Of a stretch of DNA of 64,000 bases, positions 10,521 to 21,555 are shown piece after piece. The notes beneath the pieces are model-generated. The model did no database searches and was not told the DNA's origin. It saw only the letters and a list, made by a program, of their open reading frames with translations. The position numbers and the translations under genes are program-made. The stretch spans positions 1 through 64,000 of the forward strand of contig CAVSMN010000015.1 of NCBI GenBank assembly GCA_963729045.1, written 5' to 3'. This DNA comes from an uncultured Nitrososphaeraceae archaeon. Lineage in GTDB: Archaea > Thermoproteota > Nitrososphaeria > Nitrososphaerales > Nitrososphaeraceae. Position 1 is the stretch's first letter; every line of letters starts with the position of its first letter.

Positions 10521-11978
10521 ATGATATGGATTAAGGTAATATTGTACTTCAAAGAAGGCCTCACCTTTGATGACGTTCTCTTGGTGCCTAAGAAATCACC
10601 TATCGTGTCTCGATCACAAACTAGTCTAAAAACAAGACTTTCTTCAAATGTTAGTCTTAATGTCCCGATCATAAGTGCCAACATGGATTCGGTCACCGAA
10701 TCAAGAATGGCAATCGCACTAGCCAGAGAGGGGGGAATTGGAATAATACATAGATTCATGACAATTCAAGATCAAGTAGAACAAGTTTTAAAGGTAAAAC
10801 GGAGCGAATCTGTAGTTATTGAACAACCCTATACCATTGATCCTAATAGTACTATTAAAGAAGCAAACTCTTTAATGTCAGAAAATGGGATATCGGGATT
10901 GTTAGTAAAAGATTCCAGTAATAAGCTATGCGGAATACTGACACGCAGAGATACTGTTTTTGAAAGAAACCTAAGTGTACTGGTATCCGATCTGATGACT
11001 AAAGATGTTGTTTCTGCTAAAGTTGGGACTACTATAGAACAAGCCAAAGAAATTCTTCATAGGAATAAGATTGAGAAATTGCCCGTTATAAACGAAAAAG
11101 GTGAGATTAGCGGACTTATTACTGGTAAAGATATATTGAAAATGGAGGAATATCCAAGTGCTTCAAAAGACAAGAAAGGACGACTGCTGGTTGGGGCCGC
11201 CGTAGGAGTAAAGGGCGATTACCTTGAAAGAACTGAGTCATTATTAAACAATGGAGCAGACGTAATTGTTGTGGATATAGCACATGGGCATAGTGACAAC
11301 GCGATAAATACTGTAAAAATGATTAAGAAAGCATTTCCGACTTGCGAGCTTATAGCTGGAAATATTGCAACTGGAAAGGGAACTGAAGATTTGATAAAAG
11401 CAGGAGTTGATGCAGTAAAAGTAGGCGTTGGGTCAGGTTCAATTTGTATCACCAGGATTGTTACTGGTTCTGGGGTTCCTCAATTAACAGCCATTATTGA
11501 TAGTGTTAAGATGGGGAAGAAATATGATATCCCGATTATTTCCGATGGTGGAACTAGAACTTCGGGTGATATGACCAAGGCCTTGGCTGCTGGTTCGTCA
11601 TCTGTCATGATAGGAAGTATGTTTGGAGGAACTGATGAAAGCCCTGGCAAGACCCTGGTGAAAAATGGTAAAAAGTATAAAATGTATCGAGGCATGGCAT
11701 CATTTTATGCTGCTTTGGGTCGAAGGTATAGAGAAAATCCTGAATCAAGTTCCGATAATGAGGATTTAAATGACTATGTTCCAGAAGGAGTGGAAGCTAT
11801 GGTGCCTTATAAAGGCAGCGTAATTGAAATTATAAGACAACTTGTCGGCGGAGTTAGATCGGGGCTAAGTTATTGTGGTGCCAATACAATCGGCGAAATG
11901 CAGGAAAATGCAGAATTCATAAAAATTACTCTCGCAGGTTATAAGGAGAGCCATCCACACGATGTAGACGTAATTTAA
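10521..11978 (+). CDS. guaB: inosine-5'-monophosphate dehydrogenase with CBS pair
   Basis: [30 protein letters not shown] active-site loop, YRGMAS, VPEGVE; true start may be a few codons in. Confidence 0.98.
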   Translation: MIWIKVILYFKEGLTFDDVLLVPKKSPIVSRSQTSLKTRLSSNVSLNVPIISANMDSVTESRMAIALAREGGIGIIHRFMTIQDQVEQVLKVKRSESVVIEQPYTIDPNSTIKEANSLMSENGISGLLVKDSSNKLCGILTRRDTVFERNLSVLVSDLMTKDVVSAKVGTTIEQAKEILHRNKIEKLPVINEKGEISGLITGKDILKMEEYPSASKDKKGRLLVGAAVGVKGDYLERTESLLNNGADVIVVDIAHGHSDNAINTVKMIKKAFPTCELIAGNIATGKGTEDLIKAGVDAVKVGVGSGSICITRIVTGSGVPQLTAIIDSVKMGKKYDIPIISDGGTRTSGDMTKALAAGSSSVMIGSMFGGTDESPGKTLVKNGKKYKMYRGMASFYAALGRRYRENPESSSDNEDLNDYVPEGVEAMVPYKGSVIEIIRQLVGGVRSGLSYCGANTIGEMQENAEFIKITLAGYKESHPHDVDVI

Positions 11979-12582
11979 AATTTTCAACCTCTTTTTTATT
12001 CGTAATTATTCTAACTAGCATATTTTGTATAGATTATAGACTAACTAAACTAACTAGTGGAAAGGTATCTTTCTTATTTGCTCTTTTGTCACGTAGAATC
12101 TTGGTAGCTCTAGGGCTAATCTTTCAAGGATTTGCATTATTTCAAGGATTACCAATTCGGGAACTTTCCTATTACCATGGGAAGTCCCATGGCGTAGCAT
12201 TACTGATGGCCTCATAGAACTAATTTTGGGATATGCTAGGATCGTGGTCATAACCATACTCATTACTTCGATATTAGTTTATTATCAAAATGGTGGGTCA
12301 AGATCTAGGATGGTTTTATTGGCGTATTAGTAACTGAACTCGAACTTTTAATTTTGGTTACATTATTCAAATCGTATTTGTCTGCTCAAGGACGACTCTC
12401 TATGGAAAGGAATGTTCTTCATAGGGAGTCATTTCCAATTAAGATGATATAACATGGTACTTTCCATTTCTGCCAAGGACCAAACTCCGTACGATTATAC
12501 ATGGGCTAAAACCGAGAACATTTTATTTTTCTTGGCTTGTAAAGTTTATAACAAGAAAACTGATACCTTTGGTCCTTGAGGA

Positions 12583-13593
12583 TTATTTGTTATTTCTTCT
12601 ATCTATTGTATCCATTATTTCTGCTCCGGTCCCAATAATGGTCACCGGTAATCCAGTCTCTGATTCAATATTACCAACAAATTCTTTAGCTTTTGTAGGT
12701 AATTTTGAAAAATCTGTAATACCTTTGGATTCTGGGAAAACGATGTCTAATTTTGTCAAAGCCACCTGTGTTGCGCTATTAATTCGAATAGCCTTTTTTG
12801 CCAAGTCGTAATCAAATGGAGCGGACCTTCTTTGTCTGCCCGTTACGCTTCCGTATTCTAACCAATTTCTCTCCTTTGCTTGCTCGGTACTTATTTCAGA
12901 ATTTAATGGTCCTTCTCCTACCCTGGTAACATATGATTTAAAAACAATCAAAACTTCATCTATTTTTTTTGGTCCTACACCGACATCAGAACAAATGGCT
13001 GAAGCTGAAACATCTTTTGATGTTACAAAAGGGTACGTCCCATGAAAGAGTGACAAAAAGGTGCCTTGAGTCCCTTCAATTAGTACCTTTTCCTTATTGT
13101 CTATTGAATGGTTAATGGAGTTACTAACGTCTTCCAAAAATAAAGCAATTTCTGGAAAATCCTTTGCAAGTTTTAGACTTCTCAATGCTCGGTCTGCATT
13201 TGCGGGGCCAGTGCCTGTCCCCGTAGTACCGATCAGTTTCTTGAGATGATCACTATTTTTATCCTTATCCTGATGAATTTTTTCTATAATACCACATTGA
13301 AAATCTACAAAAGTCCTATCGGTAGTACTGAATGTCTCTATTTCTTTCAATAATATATTTGGTTCTATGAGGACCCCTGCACCAATTAATAGCCTAGTAC
13401 CTTTGTTTAATACTGCACTAGGTAACATTCTAACTTTGAACTCTTTGTTGTTTTGAACAAAAGTATGACCTGCATTAGGGCCCGCACCTCCTCTAGCTGC
13501 TATGTCATAATTATCTTTGATAGAAAGATAGGCAACTATCTTTCCCTTCCCTTCATCTCCATAAAATCCACCTACAGTGACAATACAAGGCAT
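12583..13593 (-). CDS. purA: adenylosuccinate synthetase, short archaeal form
   Basis: YGDEGKGK, GPNAGHT, EGTQG, YPFVTS, GSVTGRQRR, LTKLD. Confidence 0.97.
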   Translation of the reverse strand: MPCIVTVGGFYGDEGKGKIVAYLSIKDNYDIAARGGAGPNAGHTFVQNNKEFKVRMLPSAVLNKGTRLLIGAGVLIEPNILLKEIETFSTTDRTFVDFQCGIIEKIHQDKDKNSDHLKKLIGTTGTGTGPANADRALRSLKLAKDFPEIALFLEDVSNSINHSIDNKEKVLIEGTQGTFLSLFHGTYPFVTSKDVSASAICSDVGVGPKKIDEVLIVFKSYVTRVGEGPLNSEISTEQAKERNWLEYGSVTGRQRRSAPFDYDLAKKAIRINSATQVALTKLDIVFPESKGITDFSKLPTKAKEFVGNIESETGLPVTIIGTGAEIMDTIDRRNNK

Positions 13594-13796
13594 ACGATAT
13601 ATTATTAAAAAACATAGAATATTTAATCCTAGTAGTTTTAGTATTCGCTATGCGTGAGATGGATAACAAAGATCTATCTAAATGGGAGCAAAAATTTCTG
13701 ATTAATAATGCTTGTTAATGTGATTTTTTTTGTCTTGTTGATTTGAAGTAATGGGAATTGGAAAGAAAAAAATATTGTTGATTTTTTCAGACTCAT

Positions 13797-14273
13797 GTGG
13801 ACAATGACAATCCTGCATCATCATTTGTAGAAAACATTTTGATAATTTTATCAAATTTACCACCTGGTCTTCGATCTCCTATCATTAGAAGTCGACTGAA
13901 CGAATTCTTATCTTTCGATACAGCAGAAAAAAAGGAAATTATTCAAAATGTTTTTGCTAATTATGGGAAAATTGAAAATCAGGCTTTATTGAATATATTC
14001 GATTCTTGGTTGAATTCATTGACGGAAATGGAAAGTGGTGAAATTAGTACTATATTCTATTCTTACATGATTGAAATTTCTTTAAATCCATCCCTAATCA
14101 ATACTTTTAAGCACGATCTTGTGATATCTATGACAAGTGTACTGACCAGGTTTCCAACCTACAAAAGAATAAAAATACTTGACTGTTTTTTTGAATCAAT
14201 CCTTAATACTCCCAATCCAAAATTGATCCTGAGAGTAGTCCCTACTACATTGCTAGAGATGATGTATGAATAA
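13797..14273 (+). CDS. hypothetical alpha-helical protein
   Basis: 158-aa ORF. Confidence 0.65.
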   Translation: MDNDNPASSFVENILIILSNLPPGLRSPIIRSRLNEFLSFDTAEKKEIIQNVFANYGKIENQALLNIFDSWLNSLTEMESGEISTIFYSYMIEISLNPSLINTFKHDLVISMTSVLTRFPTYKRIKILDCFFESILNTPNPKLILRVVPTTLLEMMYE

Positions 14274-14290
14274 TTACGAAGTTGGTTTGA

Positions 14291-14557
14291 TTATTTAGTC
14301 TCCGGCTTTTTTTCTATTTCCCCTATTGTTTTATCAAAAAATCCTTTCTCGTATTTTCTTAAAGCTTTTCTATGTTCGGGCAGGGACATATCTAATCTCA
14401 TCTCATTCATGACCATGACTGCATAGGTTGTCCATTCTTTCCAACATTCAGGACAAGATGGGTATTTTTGTGATATTTCATCTTCAACATCACTTTCATT
14501 AAATGATTTATTGCATCTTAGACATGTTTTTGACATTACGATAGTAATTTGACGCAT
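14291..14557 (-). CDS. YggX-like Fe(II)-trafficking / Fe-S protection protein
   Basis: CPECWKEW...MVMNEMRLDMSLPEHRKAL....FF matches the YggX pattern; start probably at MSKTC (14535). Confidence 0.75.
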   Translation of the reverse strand: MRQITIVMSKTCLRCNKSFNESDVEDEISQKYPSCPECWKEWTTYAVMVMNEMRLDMSLPEHRKALRKYEKGFFDKTIGEIEKKPETK

Positions 14558-15470
14558 AAGATGCTTATTATATTTTGTTTTTTGTTATAAGTGCTCTTTA
14601 TATGATTTTCAATTCGTCTCATAGATGTAAATACATAGAATGAATGAAGAAATATTATTCTGTACTCTTGTTTATTATCTTGACCTAGGAAACTGGTGAA
14701 ATCATCATAGCCCGAACTGAATTCGTTCGATACAGCGGATAATAAATTTAGAAATTTTGAATCCTTAGATAAATTCTTTTTCATGAGGGTTTCTACCTGG
14801 TGGATAGCAAAAATTACTTTATCATTATTTGTCTCAAGATTTGATGATATGATATTATTTTCATTAAATAGAATAGCTATCTTAAACCCTAAAATTAAAG
14901 AAAAAATCTTTATTTTATGCTCAATTTCGTTTTTTGTATTTTCATTCGGGGGATTGTCCATCTCAAGTGATAAATTTATGACATAGTTAGATGCTGTTGT
15001 CAAATGCTCTGTAATTATGTTAAAAAACTTGGCTGTAGCAGCCTTTATTGTATCGGTTTGAAAGTGGCTAAATAGTACTTCTTGCAAAAAGATATCATTG
15101 TGATATTTAAGCAGAAATTCAGGCGAATAAGTGTATTTATCGTTGAAGATGTGAATGAGACCAATACTAGTTAATCTGCATTTTTCATTAGTTGGCCTCT
15201 GGTCCATGACAACCATTGGATTTGGGTCTTTAGTAGCATTAATTGAATGGATCATAGCCTTTTTCAATCAAACTGTTTGTTTCAACCGATGCTGTTGAAA
15301 AGTTTTCCATCCATCTTATTACTAGTAAAACCAAGGAATTTTTTTAGTCTCTTTATTTTATTGCTCGAATCTCTTTGTGTATTATTAATTATATTATACA
15401 GGACTCTTTTTTCGGCCTCTGAAATTGGAAAATGTCTAACACTCTGCAATAGAGTGATGAATTCATTCAC
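14536..15470 (-). CDS. hypothetical protein, probably one gene with a frameshift near 15275
   Basis: two consecutive ORFs, 15282-15470 and 14536-15267. Confidence 0.5.
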
Positions 15471-15587
15471 TTTGCATCTTATAATTTACTATGTCCAGTT
15501 TGTATAAAATATTTATCAACCTTTCTATGCTTAAATTTTGATGATCTTTACCTTATAATATTTATTACAGTAAATTTTACTTTAAGA

Positions 15588-16003
15588 TTGATAAAAATGG
15601 TAAATAAACCAATTTATCTTGCAGCAAGTTTACTTGCAATCCTTAGCGTAATCGCTATTGGAGCAAGCACAAACAATAATGTTTTTGCTCAATCAGATAA
15701 AGTGCAGGCATCAATAGTACCAGGAGCATCTACTTTGACCGATACAGCTGTGAGTCCAAATCCTATTCAAGCCAAAGTTGGTCAAACAGTAGAATGGACA
15801 AACGATGATTCCGCATTTCATACTGTAACATCTGGAAAAATTGGCGCAGCCGATGCTGGGAAAGAATTTGATTCAGGTTTACATGGTCCAACAGCACTCA
15901 CCGCCAAGGGAAAAACCTTTGAGCATAAATTTGACGCTGCAGGCGAATTTCCATACCATTGTACATTACATCCAGCAATGGTGGTAAAGTAATTGTAAAA
16001 TAA
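15588..16003 (+). CDS. secreted blue (type 1) copper protein, plastocyanin-like; 1-nt slip in the last codons
   Basis: signal peptide; WTNDDSAFHTVT and YHCTLHPAM copper ligands; alternative frame gives GKVIVK*. Confidence 0.92.
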
Positions 16004-16032
16004 AATTCAATCCTACTTTTTTTACTCAATAT

Positions 16033-16650
16033 TTGAAAATCAATCCTAATTCACTCATTAGTCTACTAAATGAATTTAATTCAAACGTAAACAAAATTAG
16101 AATCAAAAATAGTTTTTTAACTCTAAGTTTTTTAGATTTTCTGTCTACTAGAGGGGTAGCAATAAAAGACAAGCAGATAAATGCCTCTTCCTATAATAAG
16201 ATCATAATTGCGTTAGCCGCAGTTGAATGTGGAGCAGATATTTTAACTGTCTGTAAGTTAATTGACTGGAGGGATTTTGAATTATTTGCTTCCGAAGTAA
16301 TGAAATTTCATAACTATGCGGTATACAAGAACTATCGCATTAAGAATCCCACTCGACAAATTGATGTAATAGGTATAAAATTACAAAATGCTTTAGTTGT
16401 AGACTGTAAGCACTGGAAAAGAAATTCTTACTCCGAAATGGTAGGTGCAGTAGATAAACAGAAAGAACGAGGTACCCTCTTTATGAAAAAGAATAAATCA
16501 TTTGGAATTGAATATTCTTATCCTATAATTATTACTTTTTTCCCTAATGAATTTCGGTACGTAAATCAAGTACCTATAGTCCCAATAAGTTCTTTTAACT
16601 CATTCTTAATTGACTTTGATAACTATAAGCAAAACTTTTTTAGGATTTAA
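16033..16650 (+). CDS. PD-(D/E)XK nuclease, Mrr/NERD-like
   Basis: WRDFELF...RQIDVIG...VVDCKHW. Confidence 0.8.
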   Translation: MKINPNSLISLLNEFNSNVNKIRIKNSFLTLSFLDFLSTRGVAIKDKQINASSYNKIIIALAAVECGADILTVCKLIDWRDFELFASEVMKFHNYAVYKNYRIKNPTRQIDVIGIKLQNALVVDCKHWKRNSYSEMVGAVDKQKERGTLFMKKNKSFGIEYSYPIIITFFPNEFRYVNQVPIVPISSFNSFLIDFDNYKQNFFRI

Positions 16651-17110
16651 TCGAACTTCTTTTCATGTTTTCTGTTGTTAAAAGAAATTCATTTGCCATT
16701 CTTAAGACTCTTTTACTGTTTTCAAATGATAGTTTTTGTAGTGCCTGATCAAAAGTTTGCCATTCAAAATTAATGTGCTCAAATGATAGGACAACTTTCT
16801 TTGATTTAGTTTCTGCCAAATAGTAAATTACAGCTTTATTTACTAATTTTGATTTTTTCCTATATTTATATGAAATTTGTTGTCTGAACCCGTTGATTAT
16901 TTGGAGGTCTTTAATTCCAGTTTCTTCTGACACTTCTCTAAAAACGGTATCTATTTCTGTCTCCCCTATTTCCATATTACCTTTGGGAAAATCCCAATGT
17001 CCATAATTATAATTGAGGATCAAATACATTATTTCGGAATTTTCGTCAACCAAATATAATACAGCCCCGGCCGAAATTTCATCATACATTGCCTTGAATG
17101 AATTTAACAA
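16640..17110 (-). CDS. Nudix hydrolase, Ap4A hydrolase-like
   Basis: SAGAV, GHWDFPKGNMEIGETEIDTVFREVSEETG Nudix box, LSFEH. Confidence 0.92.
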   Translation of the reverse strand: MLNSFKAMYDEISAGAVLYLVDENSEIMYLILNYNYGHWDFPKGNMEIGETEIDTVFREVSEETGIKDLQIINGFRQQISYKYRKKSKLVNKAVIYYLAETKSKKVVLSFEHINFEWQTFDQALQKLSFENSKRVLRMANEFLLTTENMKRSSIKS

Positions 17111-17154
17111 TTATAAAAGCGTGTTCATACTTAAATCGAGCACTATTTATATAG

Positions 17155-17812
17155 GTGTTTAGCGCCGCCTTGTTGTGTATTTTCACAAATAGTTTGCGCC
17201 AGTTTTTAACATGATTTCGTTTACACTTTCCATTCTACAAGAAAAGTAATCGTCAAATACTTTTATCCTGTCTTTAATGTAACTGAATCTTCCTTTCCAT
17301 CAGGCTTTTCTATAAAGGGGAATGAAGATGATGTTTTAGTTTAAGAATTTACATGCTTGTGGACACCAGGTTCCAGCGTCTGTTGATACGACATGGTTCC
17401 CATGAATCTTTACCAAGCATGGAATATATATCTCTGCAATAAGTATTTTTCTCTCTTAAAATATGGATAGTGTGAGCATCTGCCTATTTTCTGGCTCAAT
17501 TGCTGCCCATAACCAGATGTATTCTGAGCCGACTTTTATTAATGTCTCATCAATGATGTATTCTAAAATCTTTATACTTTTGGTTGAAATCTTTCGAGTT
17601 CTATGCTCTGAATCCAATTCCAAGTTGCAATGACATCTAATGATATTATGTAAAAAGGACAGTGATTTAGATGTGTTCCAAAAAGATAAACCAAGAAAGT
17701 ATAAGCCCAGACCCTGATAAACATACTCTCTAGAATTTCTATTTCTTTTTACTAATCATATTGGAGGTGGATATCTTCAATCTAAAGATTTATCATTAAA
17801 TTAACAGGATTC
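17155..17812 (-). mobile_element. IS6-family element remnant (degenerate DDE transposase)
   Basis: reverse strand YQGLGLYFLGLS, IIDETLIKVGSEYIWLWAAIEPE, VSTDAGTWCPQAC, YIKDRIKVFDDYF; many stops and shifts; IR-like TTAAATTAACAG near 17800. Confidence 0.85.
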
Positions 17813-18299
17813 TTTTTTCATTAGTCATAATCTAAAACCATTATTGTTGTAAGAAAAGTTTTAGGAACAATAATGCTGTTGAAGAATAAATTTATACTGT
17901 TTTGATTTGGGAAAAATGTAAAATTTTATTTAGAGAGGTGCTATCAAATATTTATTCTGTACCTGGAAAATACTAACAGAAAAAAAATTGAAAAAATTAC
18001 AAATTTAGTAATCTATACTGTAATATTGCATTCTTTATTTGTTTTTATTTTGCAATTGTTATCATGTCTCCAGCTTCCGTTATAAAAAATTTGTAAATGC
18101 ATCGAGCTATCTGAAGTCTTTTGAATTCTGGTGGCGCCATTTTCTGGATTACCTTCTCTATTTCTGTCGTTATATGGTTCTAAGAATTTTCTCATATCTA
18201 AAATGAAATTCTGTTTAATAATAAGTATTTGATTAGCTTGTTATTTGAGCCGAATCAAAAATTATAGAATCTGGTCAGTTTCCATAAAAAATTGGAGGA

Positions 18300-18767
18300 T
18301 TATTGTCTATAAAATGCTTTCACATGGGGTCTAAACATATAATAAATTATAACTCCGCTTATGAATATCCTACTATGTGGCTGACTAGTCCATATAAGAC
18401 TGAGGAAGTAATGGATCCAGCTATTATAGCTGAAATAATCTGAATAATAAGCCCAATTATGGTTACTATTATTGTAATAACCCAAGCCCAGCCTTTACCC
18501 TTCAGCAGACCATATGACACTATTAAATATGCAATTCCAAGAATCAACAATACCACGCCTAAAGCTAATGGAATCGTTCCTAGGGATGCAAGTTGTGTCA
18601 GGTCAGCCGAAATGTCATTACTTTGAATAATATCTTCTGAAGACATAGATAAGAGTGCGCCTAGTCCAATGAGGGATATTCCGCCAGCTGATAAGGAAAA
18701 TTCCACCTATTATTATTAAAATTGCTATGACTGTAATGCCAGCAGGTCTTTCTTTATTTGTAGTCAA
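18300..18767 (-). CDS. multi-pass membrane protein with two frameshifts
   Basis: MTTNKERPAGITVIAIL...YGLLKGKGWAW...IIYYMFRPHVKAFY, joined across frames. Confidence 0.7.
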
Positions 18768-18823
18768 ATTTTTTACAAACCTAATACAATTGACTGCTAT
18801 AAGTCTCTTCCGTAATTAGAAAA

Positions 18824-19418
18824 GGCTCTTAATTTAATGCGATATTATCCTGTTGTATTGATATGAAAATAGATTCAACCAGTTTTGTACATTACTTTTG
18901 TTTACTGTTTTTCATTCTATAAGGAAAATAATCGTCAAATCCTTCTGTCCTGTCCTTTATGTACTGAATCTCCTTTCTATCAGGCTTTTCTCCAAAGAGA
19001 AATTGATATCATGATGGAGTTTCAAGAATCTACAACTTGTGGAAACCACTACCGCCATCCGTTGATACCGGATGATTTTCATGATATATTATCAATGATA
19101 CAATAAATCTTTCTGCAATGAGCATAGTTCTTTCTTTTGATATAGTTATGCGAGAATCTGCTTGTTTTCAGGCTCAATTGCAACCAAAATCCACATATAT
19201 GTAGGGCCAATCTTTAGGAGATTTTCATCGATTATAAATTCAGATATTCTTTTCCTCTTTCTAGCAATTTTCTTGGGTTTATATCTTTGAATCCACTTCC
19301 AAACTGCAACAAGACTTCTCTTGACAAATTGATCTAGTGATTTAGATGTGTTCCAACAAGATAAACCTAGAAAGTATAAGCCCAGACCCTGATAAACATA
19401 CTTTCAAGACAGCGCCTT
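18824..19418 (-). mobile_element. second IS6-family remnant
   Basis: YQGLGLYFLGLS, VWKWIQRYKP, FIIDE, VAIEPE, VSTDGG; about 65 bp nearly identical to 17661-17727; IR-like GGCTCTTAATTTAA at 18824 and GACAGCGCC at about 19410-19418. Confidence 0.85.
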
Positions 19419-19451
19419 AAATCGCTTCTCACATTTTAAAAAAGAGGCCCT

Positions 19452-19604
19452 TTATACAAAGTCTTTAATCGTCTCTTTTGCATCGTAGTCTGAACCATCT
19501 ACAATGGGACTATATTTGTGAATATCTTCCCAATCATCAAATGTCATCCAATATCCACAATAGATTAATTTTTTCTCATTATCGATTTCTCCGTGCTTAG
19601 GCAT
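19452..19604 (-). CDS. 50-aa small protein, absent from the ORF track
   Basis: MPKHGEIDNEKKLIYCGYWMTFDDWEDIHKYSPIVDGSDYDAKETIKDFV*; TATA-like TTTAAATTATA about 25-35 nt upstream. Confidence 0.55.
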   Translation of the reverse strand: MPKHGEIDNEKKLIYCGYWMTFDDWEDIHKYSPIVDGSDYDAKETIKDFV

Positions 19605-19744
19605 TGATCATATATAAAGGGTGATAGTATAATTTAAATCCCTGTGGTAAAAGGGTTCAATTAACCTTCAAACACTTGATCTCAGATATTGACTTTTTGT
19701 CCTATAGTTGCTCTATTAAAAGGCCACGTTAAATCACAAAAATC

Positions 19745-20140
19745 GTTTTTCATATTGAGTCTGATGGAGAGCAATCCAAAGAAGTAAGTGCGAATATAGT
19801 AAATTTTATTCATTACTTGAACAATGTTGGATAAGAAGCAGTAATTTCTGATATAAAAAAACTCCGTGGCTTTGAATCCTTAGAAGTTGCTTTTGAGTTT
19901 GATCTCGAAAGGGGATGGAAAGATACAAAAGGAATCTATGATCTTGTTGAATTGGCCTTAAATGAAAAGGACTATTCTACTTGTTCATTGCTACAATGAT
20001 TTATGACAGAACAAACTGAAGAAGTGAACCTCTTCCACACAATATTTCAGAATTTGAATTACATTGAAAAGATAAATTGGCGATATATGAATTCGATAAA
20101 TCCTTATCCGCAATCTGCTCTAAGGATTCTACCCAAAGTG
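19745..20140 (+). pseudogene. non-haem ferritin (FtnA-like) remnant
   Basis: fragments KDTKGIYDLVELALNEKDYSTCSLLQ*FMTEQTEEVNLF and FIHYLNNVG; stop where the W of LQWF is expected; ends approximate. Confidence 0.75.
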
Positions 20141-20569
20141 TAGACTAACTATATGATTAATTTCTTTATGATACGCTACTCCCAATTTTTAGCCTATATG
20201 TACATATTCTGCTGCTCAAGTTGATCTGAATTCTGATATATTTCCAACTAGTTGCTTTCACATATGACATTGTTTACTATCTCAAAACATGCAACTATAC
20301 ATTTGTTCTATGTTTGAAAATAGGTCGACCCCAAAATTGAGATTATTTTCTTTTCACATACAAAATAATTGTCTATCCTTATAGGATGTCAGCGATTGAA
20401 AGTACAAATAATATTTATTGTCCTTTTTAGTCATGGATATACTCTGTTTCACAATTTCAGTGCGGGAAGTTATGAAAATCGGTCATGGCCATCGACGTTC
20501 AGAGGTACATAGCCTAGAGAGTGTCTCTGAGTCACTCATACTTAGATGGTGTAAAATCAACAAGAAAGT

Positions 20570-21055
20570 ATGCGAAATTATTACGAATGTAATTCCTGTA
20601 ATTACAAATCAACAAGGAAAACTCATGCTAACAGGCACATCAAATTAATTCACAAAGGAAATGCTGATGCATTCAACTTTAAAACTGGAACAGACTCCTC
20701 TTCAGCGTCAAACAAACACCACTTTCAGAAACTTAGTTTAGAAATGATTGCTGAAGAATCACAACTATCAGAGAGCTGTTGAGAATATACATGAGCCGTT
20801 TGTAAATTTAGAAAGGTTATAATCAGTCTTTACAGACAAGGTAAGATATCAGTATTTGTCAAATATTCTTAAATTTTCGTTCTTAAGCAAAGACCCAGCA
20901 AAGTATATTGAAGATCAAATCAAAGAAAGCAGGTCTACATTTTATTTGAGAAAACTTGCGATTTATCTTGCTAGTGGTAAATCAATGTCAATTATTCAGG
21001 CTGAGGGTATATCAAGACATCAATAATTTCTTGTTATCATTGGAAAAATATAATT
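20570..21055 (+). pseudogene. C2H2 zinc-finger protein, interrupted
   Basis: YECNSCNYKSTRKTHANRHIKLIHKG (C-x2-C-x12-H-x4-H); helical remainder continues in another frame with an internal stop. Confidence 0.6.
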
Positions 21056-21527
21056 GATATCAAGAGAACGCCTGAAGCAGCTAAAATTCTAGAGATATAG
21101 ATTTTCTACTATCTCAAGCTGCTATTACTTGTCTATTTAACAAGGAGGAAGCAAGAAACATTATAGGCCGAGTTTTGGTGATTGATACAGGCAACAAGAT
21201 TGCAATTTGTATAAAAATTTTATTGATACTAATACATAGTCGCCAAAAGCTTAAGAATAAAAAAGCGGTACAAGATGAATATGATTCCCTGGATCACAAG
21301 AACTTTAATATCACCTACAAATTCCTATCATAATGACAATACATTCATAACCTGTTATTCTATTTCAAACTAGGAAACAAATTATTGGCAAGTCCAGTAC
21401 CACGAGGCAAATCGTCTTTAAACTTCTCTCTAATTTTGGGATTAATCCGTTGGAAGTTGATTTATTTTCAATTAATATATAACTGGCAGAGTAATGTGCG
21501 GTTACTATTTTGCTAAACATTGTGCAA

Positions 21528-21552
21528 TGAACTGGGCGGGATTTAAATCCTG
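21528..21552 (-). other. degenerate tRNA 3'-half fragment, att-like
   Basis: minus strand CAGGATTTAAATCCCGCCCAGTTCA resembles GGGTTCAAATCCCGCCCGGTCCA; lies at the island/core junction. Confidence 0.4.
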
Positions 21553-21555
21553 AAA

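Noticed and set aside
12054..12460. 69-aa minus ORF or a plus-strand membrane transporter remnant between guaB and purA
   Set aside because: Hydrophobic fragments are present but too degraded to assign a family by eye
16033..16650. PD-(D/E)XK nuclease as part of a restriction-modification system
   Set aside because: No neighbouring DNA methyltransferase or defence genes; it sits among housekeeping-type genes
18013..18195. 60-aa ORF between the IS remnants
   Set aside because: No motif or supporting signal; probably spurious or decayed
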